Shown: positions 7,256 to 16,011, counted from the stretch's first letter. The stretch is 20,000 nt of DNA from an uncultured virus (IMG/VR IMGVR_UViG_3300042898_003498) (IMGVR_UViG_3300042898_003498), one strand, 5' to 3'. A program made the numbers and translations. The notes: generated by a model not told the origin, from the letters alone.

Positions 7256-9130
7256 TCAATTGCCCTGGGTGACGCTAACACTGCAACCAGAAAGGGTAGC
7301 GCATTGTTGTGTAATATTGATGTTCTGTGCTGTTGTACCCTGTTGAACTAGATTAACTGTACTAGCACCACCTGCATTGGTTAAGTTAATAGTGGCTTTA
7401 TGACTGCCCGCATCCTTCTGATTAGCAGTAACTGAATGTCCGTTACCAGTTAAACTCAAATCAAGGTAACTTATTGATCCCTGCTGTGTAACGTCAAACA
7501 CATTACTATTGCCGTTGACTATGCCAAAGAACGTTTTTTCACCGTTACCTGTTTGCCTTAATGTAGCGTTGTTACCGTTGCCTGTAACATCAACATAGGC
7601 AAAATGACCGCTTGAGCTTCCACCGTCATTACTCTGTCTTAGATTTGATGTATTGCTGTTACCAGTAATTTTTAAACCTATATAATGGCCGCCACTTTCG
7701 CCGCCGTCTTGTAGACCAGTTGAGGGATTACGTGCTTGCCATATACTGACATTATTGCTGTTACCAGTTACATTAAACTCAATTAAGTTCTTGCCCAGTG
7801 TGTCACCTTGCTTGATGTTCAATGTATTGCTGTCACCGTCGATGATAGCATAGTCAGTACCGCCTATTCCAGAGATCTTGTTGTAGTTGCCAGTTTGTTC
7901 GATGTTTACTGTATTGCCACTGCTACCAATCTTCTGATCAATGTAAAGGCTGTTGCCTAATACAACATTACTAACACGATTCTTTGCAGAATTTTTCTGT
8001 GCTGTCTGTCCGACAGTAATATCACTAGTTGCTGGCCAACTAGGAGCACAGTCTGCACAGACACTGCCTGCTTGTCCAGGATTACTAGGAGTAGATCCTG
8101 CTGCTTGATCTGTGCTGGTTACACCGTCGTTCAAATCATAGTAGTATGTAACTTCGGAGATTTGAACACTGTTACCGCTGTCGTTTTTAATACTGGGAAA
8201 CTTTATAAAGTAATAGACATAGGCAGTGGTGTTGTCCACTGATATTTCGCCACTGACGCTAAATCTACTGTCGGATAAACTTAATGGTCCTTCTTTAATT
8301 AAAGTCCAGTTAACTCCATTATTTGAACCGTATAGTTTGTAACTAGCAGGATCGCGCTCAACTGCATCATTGGCAGTGGTTATTGTGAATTTTCGAACCA
8401 CACGTCCTTGACTTAGTCTTACAGTAACACCTGCATTCTGTTTATCAAAATTTAGATACTTGGTATTGACATTACCGTCAAAGGCATTAGCCGCACCTTC
8501 GTTACTAGGGCTATTATTGCTGGTAGGAAATATATTGCTGATAACAACTGGAGTACTGTTAGTTCTAATCATCTTCCAGTCTACTACTGGTGCGGCTGGC
8601 TGTGCTGTTTGTCCTGCTGCCAACGGTGTTGAACTTGGGGGTGTGTATGCTTGTAACTGTGCATTATTCGGGTTGTCCTGGGTCACTGCCCAATTGCCAC
8701 TTTGTCCGTTGTTGTATCCCTGACCAGTAGTAATCAATGTTCCCCACATGCCGTTACCATTATAGAAGATGGCACCGTCTGCCAGGGCACGGAAAGATCC
8801 TGTGTTGTTGATAATTTTGTAGACGCTGCCGTTACTGTTAAAAACAGCCATACCATAAGTACCGGGATTGGTCGTGCTGTTGAAAAATCCAATATATCTA
8901 CCATTGCTGTTAGCATCCTGTGTCTGTGCTAAGGTCCAACGAGCCGCACTGTTAGTTTGAGTAGCATAGTTTACACTTGAATAGATGTAGTTGAATCCGC
9001 TGGCATACAATCTGCCTCCGCTAACATACCATTGCACATCAAAAATCTGTGCTGTACTAAGTTTTAGATCCGTAATAGCACCAAAGACATTTGAGCATAA
9101 AAACATTAAAGCAAATAATATCTTTTTCAT
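7256..9130 (-). CDS. Secreted protein: unknown N-domain + F5/8-type C (discoidin/CBM32-like) domain + C-terminal curlin-like repeats
   Basis: Signal peptide; NAFDGNVNTKYL...PASYKLYGSNNGVNWT...YYFIKF...VQISEV; repeats NIEQTGNYN, NIKQGD, LRQTGNGE, DVTQQG, NLVQQG. Confidence 0.8.
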   Translation of the reverse strand: MKKILFALMFLCSNVFGAITDLKLSTAQIFDVQWYVSGGRLYASGFNYIYSSVNYATQTNSAARWTLAQTQDANSNGRYIGFFNSTTNPGTYGMAVFNSNGSVYKIINNTGSFRALADGAIFYNGNGMWGTLITTGQGYNNGQSGNWAVTQDNPNNAQLQAYTPPSSTPLAAGQTAQPAAPVVDWKMIRTNSTPVVISNIFPTSNNSPSNEGAANAFDGNVNTKYLNFDKQNAGVTVRLSQGRVVRKFTITTANDAVERDPASYKLYGSNNGVNWTLIKEGPLSLSDSRFSVSGEISVDNTTAYVYYFIKFPSIKNDSGNSVQISEVTYYYDLNDGVTSTDQAAGSTPSNPGQAGSVCADCAPSWPATSDITVGQTAQKNSAKNRVSNVVLGNSLYIDQKIGSSGNTVNIEQTGNYNKISGIGGTDYAIIDGDSNTLNIKQGDTLGKNLIEFNVTGNSNNVSIWQARNPSTGLQDGGESGGHYIGLKITGNSNTSNLRQSNDGGSSSGHFAYVDVTGNGNNATLRQTGNGEKTFFGIVNGNSNVFDVTQQGSISYLDLSLTGNGHSVTANQKDAGSHKATINLTNAGGASTVNLVQQGTTAQNINITQQCATLSGCSVSVTQGN

Positions 9131-10296
9131 CTGAAGTTCTGATTGATAACAATCTGTCCTTGTGGTTTACCTGCTGAAAAATTCCAACTGTTGGTCTGCA
9201 TGTCTTGTGTAACAACTACCAATGCCTGTGTGTTCAACGGCATAACAACATTAGCATAGTTACGATTGTTTGGGCTTAGACTTTCATACATCCAACCAAT
9301 CTGTTGTGTTTCACTTTTGTCTTTAAACAGTTTCTTCACGTAGGGATTGTCTGTTTCGCCCACTGCCGCTACATCATTAATTGCGGCCTCTTTGTTTGTC
9401 TTTGCGTCAACTCCTACCTTAGTTCCGTTAGCAGCTTCCTCATCGCTCTCATTAGCACTTCGTCTTTGTCTTTGAGACCTATTACTCTCACCTTCTTGCT
9501 TGCCTGCTACATGTTGCTTCTCTTGATCTTTGGCATCATCCTTGTCTTCTTTTTTATCTCTGTTATCAGATCTTCTAGCATCACCAGTGGCCACTGCGGC
9601 AGCACGAGCCGCTGCTATCACATTTACGCCAGTAGTTGTTTGTGGAGGACTAACCATTAGGTTATTGCCAATAGCCATACCATTAAGAGCAACAACGACA
9701 GCAGGACTCGGAACACCGTTTAGAGTTTCAACTAGTGTAGCTTGATAAGGACGAGTTAGTTGAACTATGCCAGACGGAGTTTCTACATCAATAGCACCAC
9801 TACCGCAGGATAATCCTTTTAAGTTTATGTTCTGTTCTAATTCGCAAGTGGGCATTAGCATGATCATACTGGCACCAGTTTCACTAACAGCCATAACAAA
9901 GTCAGTGCCACGAACAGCAATGGCTGCTGTGGGTGTGTTGATTTTTACATTCTTAGGGTCTTTGGCTATGCTACCTGATACGTATCGAACAGTTCCTGCG
10001 GCTGCTTTAAGTCCCAGCTTGCCTGCTCCGCTCTTAGGATCATATACGAAATCATCAATAACAAGACTACTCGACTCAGTAACAGTGACATTTGTATCGT
10101 CTTTAAAAACAATCTTGACTCGACCGTTTTTAGTTTCAACTCGATCATTAGTTTTGATTTCAGTGCCTTTAGCAACTTGAATAGTATCCTTACCGCGTTT
10201 GATAATGGCCGTGCCCGTAGCTTCGGTAACACTACCGATATCTGCCCAGGCTGATGTAGCCAGCAGCAGGCCCGCGATAAGAGCAACAACTCTCAT
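9127..10296 (-). CDS. Secreted FecR-domain protein
   Basis: Signal peptide (AWA-D); DRVETKNGRVKIVFKDDT...INTPTAAIAVRGTDF FecR signature; charged linker and C-terminal domain. Confidence 0.85.
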   Translation of the reverse strand: MRVVALIAGLLLATSAWADIGSVTEATGTAIIKRGKDTIQVAKGTEIKTNDRVETKNGRVKIVFKDDTNVTVTESSSLVIDDFVYDPKSGAGKLGLKAAAGTVRYVSGSIAKDPKNVKINTPTAAIAVRGTDFVMAVSETGASMIMLMPTCELEQNINLKGLSCGSGAIDVETPSGIVQLTRPYQATLVETLNGVPSPAVVVALNGMAIGNNLMVSPPQTTTGVNVIAAARAAAVATGDARRSDNRDKKEDKDDAKDQEKQHVAGKQEGESNRSQRQRRSANESDEEAANGTKVGVDAKTNKEAAINDVAAVGETDNPYVKKLFKDKSETQQIGWMYESLSPNNRNYANVVMPLNTQALVVVTQDMQTNSWNFSAGKPQGQIVINQNFR

Positions 10297-10305
10297 TGCC
10301 GCTCC

Positions 10306-11094
10306 TTAGTTCTTCTGCGTGATATTGAATGTACCGCTGTTGCTTACACTCTTGATATTGATAACGTTGTCGATAGTTCCAGTTTGGCTCATAGTTAAAC
10401 TATTGCCGTTACCAGCCAAGTCAACCCAAATGCTACTTCCGGCAGCACCAGTACTACGTTGATTAATATCGAATGTATTAGTGTCGCCCACTACTTTAAT
10501 AGTTTGTGTGTGCTTGTCACCGATGGCATCAATACGGAATACGTTGCTGTCACCCGATACATCGACGGCACTCTTAAGGTCACTACCTGTACCACGGAAC
10601 TGTAGGTCGTTACTGTCGCCAGTGAACTTCCAATTAATATCTGCAGCATTGGCTGCTGTTAACGCTGGAGTACCAGTTGAAGCATTGCCGTATCCTAATG
10701 CGGCATCAACTTTGTTATTATCACCGATCTGTTGAATAGTAATGTTTACACCTTTACCGGTACCTGTAGTGTCGTTCGATGCTTCTAACATAATTTCATT
10801 GCCTACGCCAATTTGACGAGTAACAATCGTTTGATCAATACCACGTAGGTATACCGGACGAGCAGTACTTCCTGCCTTGTTACCAGTACCATCTTGTGTC
10901 ATGTTGACATTAGGATTGTCACCGCTTTGGTCAATAAAGATACGGTTAGTTGTAGCAATGGCCAAAGCGGCTGTCGCGTTAGGGCTAACTGTGGCCATTG
11001 TAGGTATTGTTGGTGCTGACGGTGCCGATACCGCAGTCTGTGCAAAAGCCGGTAGTGTTGCGGCTAATATAATTGCTAATAGTGTTTTTTTCAT
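10306..11094 (-). CDS. Curlin-like (CsgA/CsgB-like) secreted repeat protein
   Basis: Signal peptide (AFA-Q); QxGxxN repeats IDQSGDNPN, TQDGTGN, RQIGVGN, QQIGDNN, SQTGTIDN. Confidence 0.8.
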   Translation of the reverse strand: MKKTLLAIILAATLPAFAQTAVSAPSAPTIPTMATVSPNATAALAIATTNRIFIDQSGDNPNVNMTQDGTGNKAGSTARPVYLRGIDQTIVTRQIGVGNEIMLEASNDTTGTGKGVNITIQQIGDNNKVDAALGYGNASTGTPALTAANAADINWKFTGDSNDLQFRGTGSDLKSAVDVSGDSNVFRIDAIGDKHTQTIKVVGDTNTFDINQRSTGAAGSSIWVDLAGNGNSLTMSQTGTIDNVINIKSVSNSGTFNITQKN

Positions 11095-11111
11095 GTTGTT
11101 GCTCCGGTATA

Positions 11112-11285
11112 TTAACCAGTATCCTTATTTTGTTGTTTGGATCCTGCTGCCTGATCCGTCGGTAGCATTCCAACTACCCGCTTCTTTGTTTCCTCCAACA
11201 ACCTTTCCGTTGCCGGACTGTGTTGATGGTGAGGAAGGTGCTTTGGCGGTTCCTTCACGTGGGGTTTCCTTTTGAACCAACTCAT
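11112..11285 (-). CDS. Possible overprinted small ORF (57 aa) in the csgG 3' extension
   Basis: AAGGAG SD a few nt before ATG 11285; MSWFKRKPHVKEPPKHLPHHQH..., in a different frame from csgG. Confidence 0.3.
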   Translation of the reverse strand: MSWFKRKPHVKEPPKHLPHHQHSPATERLLEETKKRVVGMLPTDQAAGSKQQNKDTG

Positions 11286-12087
11286 TAGGTTTCTCCTTGA
11301 ATTTCCACAAGTTTTGACGTTCACCTTTGTTGATCAACTCTATAACTGCGGTTTCAATAGCTGAACGCAGTGCATAGTTACCTGGCTCATTAAATGTTTG
11401 GCTACTGTCAAATTCAAATGCTCGTGTTGCCTGGTTGAAAAATTTCAACGCAGTGGTGCCATCGGCAGTACTGAGCAAGTTCTTTTCCACTGTAACAGTG
11501 GTCAATACTTCCCCAGTTTGAACACTTACTAGGCGTAGGCTGATAACCACGATGTCTTGAGTATAAGCAGTTTGTGCTCCAATACCTAACCAACGTGCTC
11601 CAGTTCCGCCTGTTAGTGTGTTACTGTTGTAGTCAATGATGCCGCCTTCTAGTATAACGCCGGCCATTTGTAATGGAGGTAGCATCTTGGCGTTAGCACC
11701 GTCATAGATCTCGCGTGTCTGCTTAATCATCTGACGCTCTTTTAATAAGTTGTCCAACCCTACTCGTTCAACAACTGTAAACCATTGACGGTTGCCAACT
11801 TCTTGCAGACTCTTCATTAGGTATGCTTCAGCACCTTGTGTAACTGCTGTAGAGAACAAGCTCAATGTACTGCTTGGTTTGCGCTGTCCTGTTAGGTCTT
11901 TGAAACCATATACAGCCACTGTGACTGCTGGGCCAGCTGGACTAGGCACATTGGCAAAACTTTTATTGATTGTTTCGCTTACTCGAGCTTCTTCTTTAAT
12001 AGCAACTTCGCCCCATGGACGTACTGTTGAACAGCCAGCTAGTGTTGCGATTGCTAAAGTGATTAAGGATAATTTAATTGCTTTCAT
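11125..12087 (-). CDS. csgG: Curli secretion channel lipoprotein CsgG
   Basis: Lipobox LAGC; VAVYGFKDLTGQRKP, STAVTQGA, WFTVVERVGLDNLLKERQMI, EGGIIDY, GGTGARWLGIG, LRLVSVQTGEVL. Confidence 0.93.
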   Translation of the reverse strand: MKAIKLSLITLAIATLAGCSTVRPWGEVAIKEEARVSETINKSFANVPSPAGPAVTVAVYGFKDLTGQRKPSSTLSLFSTAVTQGAEAYLMKSLQEVGNRQWFTVVERVGLDNLLKERQMIKQTREIYDGANAKMLPPLQMAGVILEGGIIDYNSNTLTGGTGARWLGIGAQTAYTQDIVVISLRLVSVQTGEVLTTVTVEKNLLSTADGTTALKFFNQATRAFEFDSSQTFNEPGNYALRSAIETAVIELINKGERQNLWKFKEKPNELVQKETPREGTAKAPSSPSTQSGNGKVVGGNKEAGSWNATDGSGSRIQTTK

Positions 12088-12096
12088 ATTTTCTCC

Positions 12097-12582
12097 TTAA
12101 AAACTAAAACTGGCAATTGGAACAACTACAGTAGTTACTGTGCCCTTGGCATCTACCACAGTTAGTGTAACTTTGTCATTAGCCTTGCGCCAAGTAACTG
12201 TATTGCCGTCTAGCACAAAATTACCAGTGTCTGGATTTACACAGCCAGGAATTGCTGTGCCATCTGCTGCGGCACATCGGTTAGTGAACAAGTTGTTGCT
12301 CAACTGTGTTGCCAACTGAGCATAAACTTGACTTTGGAATAGACCCATAAATCTATTCAAAGGTGTATTTAATAAGTCAGCTTCTGCTTTGGCAATAGCT
12401 GCTTTTTTATCTGCTGCAATAGCATCACGACGTGACTTTTCAATGCTGTCTATCGTTAAGACATGGCTGCTGAATCCAATGCCGCTAAAAGCTGGATTTT
12501 TGAATTGTTGTACCAATTCTGCATTAACTGAAGTAGCGGCTAGTGTGAGCCATACTCCTAATGCTAGTATATGTTGTTTCAT
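12097..12582 (-). CDS. csgF: CsgF-like curli assembly factor
   Basis: ATG 12582 with GGAG SD; signal peptide, then ELVQQFKNPAFSG (CsgF FxNPxFxG); directly upstream of csgG. Confidence 0.8.
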   Translation of the reverse strand: MKQHILALGVWLTLAATSVNAELVQQFKNPAFSGIGFSSHVLTIDSIEKSRRDAIAADKKAAIAKAEADLLNTPLNRFMGLFQSQVYAQLATQLSNNLFTNRCAAADGTAIPGCVNPDTGNFVLDGNTVTWRKANDKVTLTVVDAKGTVTTVVVPIASFSF

Positions 12583-12606
12583 TGTTCGCTCCAATGTCCT
12601 CTATCA

Positions 12607-12612
12607 TATTTA
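12607..12612 (-). promoter_or_regulatory. T4-late-like promoter core upstream of the curli-like operon
   Basis: CTTAAATA about 25 nt upstream of the csgF ATG. Confidence 0.5.
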
Positions 12613-12658
12613 AGGACCCTTAGGCGAAGATTATATATGTAGTTTTCTTTAATCTAGA

Positions 12659-13030
12659 TTAAGGAACTAGCAAATACCATATCATCCATATGTATGTGAC
12701 TTGGTGCGCTAGTTGATCTAGACCAAATTGTGTCCAGAAGACGGGTTTAGTATTGTCCTTGCAGCCGTACTTTACCTTGCTGTAATCCACAAGATAATGA
12801 ACAACGCCTTCAATAAAGGTTACTAAAATTATAGCAATTGCACTGACAGGAACAAAGAAGCTGAAAATCAGCATTGCTACCAAAGTGCAAATCATATGAT
12901 CTGTTGTGTGACTGATTCCCGTGGGATCCAACCATACACCTTTTTTAACAGTCTGTATGTAGGTCTGCATGACAAAATCAGCATAACAATGCTTGATCTG
13001 TAAGAGGAGGAGCAAGAACAGTAATTCCAT
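12659..13030 (-). CDS. DUF3307-like membrane protein
   Basis: KH..ADF..QT, HYLVDY.K and GLDQLAH conserved His/Asp pattern; hydrophobic helices. Confidence 0.8.
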   Translation of the reverse strand: MELLFLLLLLQIKHCYADFVMQTYIQTVKKGVWLDPTGISHTTDHMICTLVAMLIFSFFVPVSAIAIILVTFIEGVVHYLVDYSKVKYGCKDNTKPVFWTQFGLDQLAHQVTYIWMIWYLLVP

Positions 13031-13060
13031 CGTTAAGTATTTATGTATCTACTTAACGAT
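13029..13060 (-). promoter_or_regulatory. 11-bp inverted repeat enclosing a late promoter (ATAAATA) and the start codon
   Basis: ATCGTTAAGTA-gatacataaa-TACTTAACGAT(G) on the minus strand. Confidence 0.6.
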
Positions 13061-13068
13061 AGAGATAA

Positions 13069-14451
13069 TTAATTGAGTTTCCAGGTCATAGCACTATCCC
13101 ATTTTGGAGCAGGATCTTTGTGCTCAAATGTAATAGTTCCGCCTACTTTTGACGGCCACTTTACGTCTGTTATAAATTGCTTATTTTTAATAGTAGTCTT
13201 TAATAAAACAAAGTTCTGTCCTAACAGTTCAATCATACGATTCGAAAAATTAGGAATAACTCCTTTTTTAACAGCACTATGAATTACATCCTTAACATAA
13301 TATCGCAAATAGTACCATAACGGATGTTTAGCACTTACAGAAGTTTCCACTAACTTATACAGTTCTTGGAATTCTCTTGGAATTTGATCTAGTGTTTCAG
13401 GGACACCTTCATTTCGAGATTTTAGAATAGTGGACAAATATATAAACAATTCGTCAGTAAATGGTAAAAATTTACCTAATTCACCCATTGAACCCGGATA
13501 ATTTTCTTCTAACCAGTTTGCAGCATAGAACGGTTGTATCCATGCTGGTTTGGCATTTTGTTGCAACATGTCAATAAATGTAATTGCAGGATCCTTGCCA
13601 ATCATTTTTCTCATACTGTCAGGAATCTTTAACGCAGTTACACTACTTGGCATTCCACCACCTGCACCTTTACTGCTGATAAAAATAGTATTTTCAGTTG
13701 CTCTGTTAACAAGAGCGTAACTATCTGCTACAGGATTACTAGAACTGGCTGGGAAATATAATACTAGTTCTTCTAAGTTGCCGCCTACATGTTTATAAAA
13801 TGCTTCTGAATTTGGAAAATTCGCAACACCCTTGATTAGTGCCTGCACTCCTAGATATTCAAACCCATAGTTTTGAATGTTGCCAATTTCTGATTTGCTG
13901 AGATCAGGGACTGTGGGAATTTGTCCGGCATCAATTGCGCGGGCAATTTCTTTAACAGCGGCCCCTGCTGCACCTTGACTGTCAAGATGTGCATTCGATT
14001 GTATCTTTTGCCCCAATTGTCCCGCAAGAAATGCTCCTAACTCCAAGGCAAGTTCAGGTGTTAAATTTTGATCTTTACTTGGGTCGCCATGCTGGAAGAC
14101 CTGCCCCGGCCTAAGACCAGCAACAGGAACTGCACCTGTATCTTGTTGACCAGGCGGAACACTTTGACCACCGTATTCTTTTGTTTTTAAGAATGATCCT
14201 AATGGATAGGGTTTTTGATCTGCACCTAGTAGTGTTATAGTACCAGCAAATTTTCCCTGATCAAACAGTGTTTGCAAACGTTGTGCTTCTGTTTTTTTAA
14301 TAACAACAGGAGTACCGTCTTTTAAGTATAAAGGGTTGCCGGCAGTAATATTAGCAATGAGCCTATCAAACCGTGCCATATCTTTTGTCAGTTTGTTAGG
14401 ATTGAGGGTTTGCTCGGATTCTAATAGGGTTAAAAATTCACGTGATCGCAT
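13069..14451 (-). CDS. Hypothetical phage protein, possible PD-(D/E)xK-like nuclease fold
   Basis: 460-aa ORF with GFEYLG...FP.SSSNPVADS...ISSK pattern; MRSREFLTLLE N-terminus. Confidence 0.55.
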   Translation of the reverse strand: MRSREFLTLLESEQTLNPNKLTKDMARFDRLIANITAGNPLYLKDGTPVVIKKTEAQRLQTLFDQGKFAGTITLLGADQKPYPLGSFLKTKEYGGQSVPPGQQDTGAVPVAGLRPGQVFQHGDPSKDQNLTPELALELGAFLAGQLGQKIQSNAHLDSQGAAGAAVKEIARAIDAGQIPTVPDLSKSEIGNIQNYGFEYLGVQALIKGVANFPNSEAFYKHVGGNLEELVLYFPASSSNPVADSYALVNRATENTIFISSKGAGGGMPSSVTALKIPDSMRKMIGKDPAITFIDMLQQNAKPAWIQPFYAANWLEENYPGSMGELGKFLPFTDELFIYLSTILKSRNEGVPETLDQIPREFQELYKLVETSVSAKHPLWYYLRYYVKDVIHSAVKKGVIPNFSNRMIELLGQNFVLLKTTIKNKQFITDVKWPSKVGGTITFEHKDPAPKWDSAMTWKLN

Positions 14452-14458
14452 AATAAAC

Positions 14459-14464
14459 TATTTA
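14459..14464 (-). promoter_or_regulatory. T4-late-like promoter core TAAATA
   Basis: Overlaps the upstream stop codon, 7 nt before ATG 14451. Confidence 0.5.
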
Positions 14465-15133
14465 GTGAAATTCTGGGAATAGTATTTCCTGAACAAATTT
14501 TTTCATAGTATCTTCAGGTATGCCCATGCTGATCATACTCTTAATAACATGGGGGTTTTGCTTTTGCCAGTGACAGTATCTATTTTGTGCCATATGAAAG
14601 TCAGCTACATCTTGTTGATCATGTCCTACTTTGCTTAGATAAAAATCCAATGTAGTCAGTGCTGTACTGCACAGTTGATCAATTTCTGCTTCATCTTGTA
14701 AGTTGCCTGCGGCAACCATTGCAGGGCTAAAGATTTGCTGTGCCCATTCAGGCAGCTGCCTGGGCTTATTCCATTCTAATCCATGTACCTTGGCTTTAAA
14801 CCAAAGATACATAAAACTAGTAGGATCCCCTGCATGACTAAAGTCATGGAAAGCACCTGTTATTTTGTTAGGGCCGCACACAGCATCAAACCCATAGATA
14901 GGGCTAGGATCGTTAAAGTGTGGAAATACTGTACAATGAAGAATGTAGATATTGTAGGTTTCACGGAAGTCTACAATTTCTACATGTGCCCTACGAAAAC
15001 GATCACTAGTCCATATAGTGTTATGCCAACCGTACTGATGTGCAGCATCACTATTGACTACTGTACCTGCGGCATTGAACTTTTCTGTAAGGTCTGCGGC
15101 TAACTTACTAACTTTATCCCAAACTACTGTCAT
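14462..15133 (-). CDS. Ferredoxin-dependent bilin reductase (PcyA/PcyX-like)
   Basis: FRRAHVE, ILHCTVFP, PIYGFD, AFHDFS, RQLPEWA..IFS and QNRYC..QKQN motifs; adjacent to heme oxygenase. Confidence 0.9.
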   Translation of the reverse strand: MTVVWDKVSKLAADLTEKFNAAGTVVNSDAAHQYGWHNTIWTSDRFRRAHVEIVDFRETYNIYILHCTVFPHFNDPSPIYGFDAVCGPNKITGAFHDFSHAGDPTSFMYLWFKAKVHGLEWNKPRQLPEWAQQIFSPAMVAAGNLQDEAEIDQLCSTALTTLDFYLSKVGHDQQDVADFHMAQNRYCHWQKQNPHVIKSMISMGIPEDTMKKFVQEILFPEFH

Positions 15134-15650
15134 AGTCCCTCATCATGCGTATTGCCCAATCAAAGGCTACATTGGCTTCATCGCCCATGCTGTCGTCTAA
15201 CTTAGCACGAATATTGGTCATTAGTGTGCGGGCATCTTCGAACTCTAAGTTACGATGTGCGCCCGGGACAATCTTCTTAATCATTTGGCCACCGAACATG
15301 TCGCCCATGTGCCATGTATATAAGTGCGCCATAATCTTATTAGGATCTTTGCTGATACTCAACAGGTAGTTGTAGTATTCAATGACAATAGGTCGAAACT
15401 CGTGACGGGGATTTTTACCGTTCATTTCAGCATAGTCCATTGCTAGATAAAACGCACGACGTAAATCTGGCAAGTCTCCTAACAATCTATTAGCACCTGC
15501 GGCACCTTCAATGGCTCCATAGAAAAGCCACTTTTGATATGTCCAATCTACCCACAAATCAAAAGGCAGGGTCCTTGCGAACACTGCCTTCATAAACGGA
15601 GTAGATTCAGCCTCTGCATGTTTTGCAGCGGTTAAATCTTTTAAACTCAT
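15114..15650 (-). CDS. Heme oxygenase (HemO/Ho1-like)
   Basis: LKDLTAAKHAEAE (proximal His) and AHLYTWHMGDMFGGQMI (distal helix); EANVAF. Confidence 0.92.
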   Translation of the reverse strand: MSLKDLTAAKHAEAESTPFMKAVFARTLPFDLWVDWTYQKWLFYGAIEGAAGANRLLGDLPDLRRAFYLAMDYAEMNGKNPRHEFRPIVIEYYNYLLSISKDPNKIMAHLYTWHMGDMFGGQMIKKIVPGAHRNLEFEDARTLMTNIRAKLDDSMGDEANVAFDWAIRMMRDYDSSLG

Positions 15651-15657
15651 TATTACC

Positions 15658-15963
15658 TCATTCTGGTTCTACTTTAATTATCAAAGGATAGCCGCTAGAA
15701 CGAGCAAGATTGGTTGCGTCTAGAGCTTTTTGTTCTGCAACTTCATAGTTAAAAATTCCAGCAACCGCACTGCCGCTATTATGGATCTTTAGAGTTAATT
15801 CTAGTGCAGATTTATCATTGTGCCTAAACACTGCGATAAGCATGGAAATTACAAACTCAACAGGAGTTACATCGTCGTTGCATACAACGACTTTAAACTT
15901 ACCTGGTTCTTTAACAGAATCGGTAGTCCTAGTTTTCTTTTCATTAATAGTATCAGTTGCCAT
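15658..15963 (-). CDS. clpS: ATP-dependent Clp protease adaptor ClpS
   Basis: KVVVCNDDVTPVEFV...IHNSGSAVAG...EVAEQKA...GYPL. Confidence 0.92.
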   Translation of the reverse strand: MATDTINEKKTRTTDSVKEPGKFKVVVCNDDVTPVEFVISMLIAVFRHNDKSALELTLKIHNSGSAVAGIFNYEVAEQKALDATNLARSSGYPLIIKVEPE

Positions 15964-15988
15964 TGTTTTAAATTTATTAGGGTTAATA

Positions 15989-16008
15989 CTAGGGGCCGAA
16001 GCCCCTAG
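15989..16008 (-). terminator. cUUCGg hairpin after hsp20 (terminator or stabiliser)
   Basis: CTAGGGGC-TTCG-GCCCCTAG on the minus strand; weak U-tract. Confidence 0.6.
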
Positions 16009-16011
16009 ATT

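Noticed and set aside
8460..12613. Antisense ORFs across the curli-like operon
   Set aside because: Shadow frames produced by the codon bias of the real minus-strand genes.
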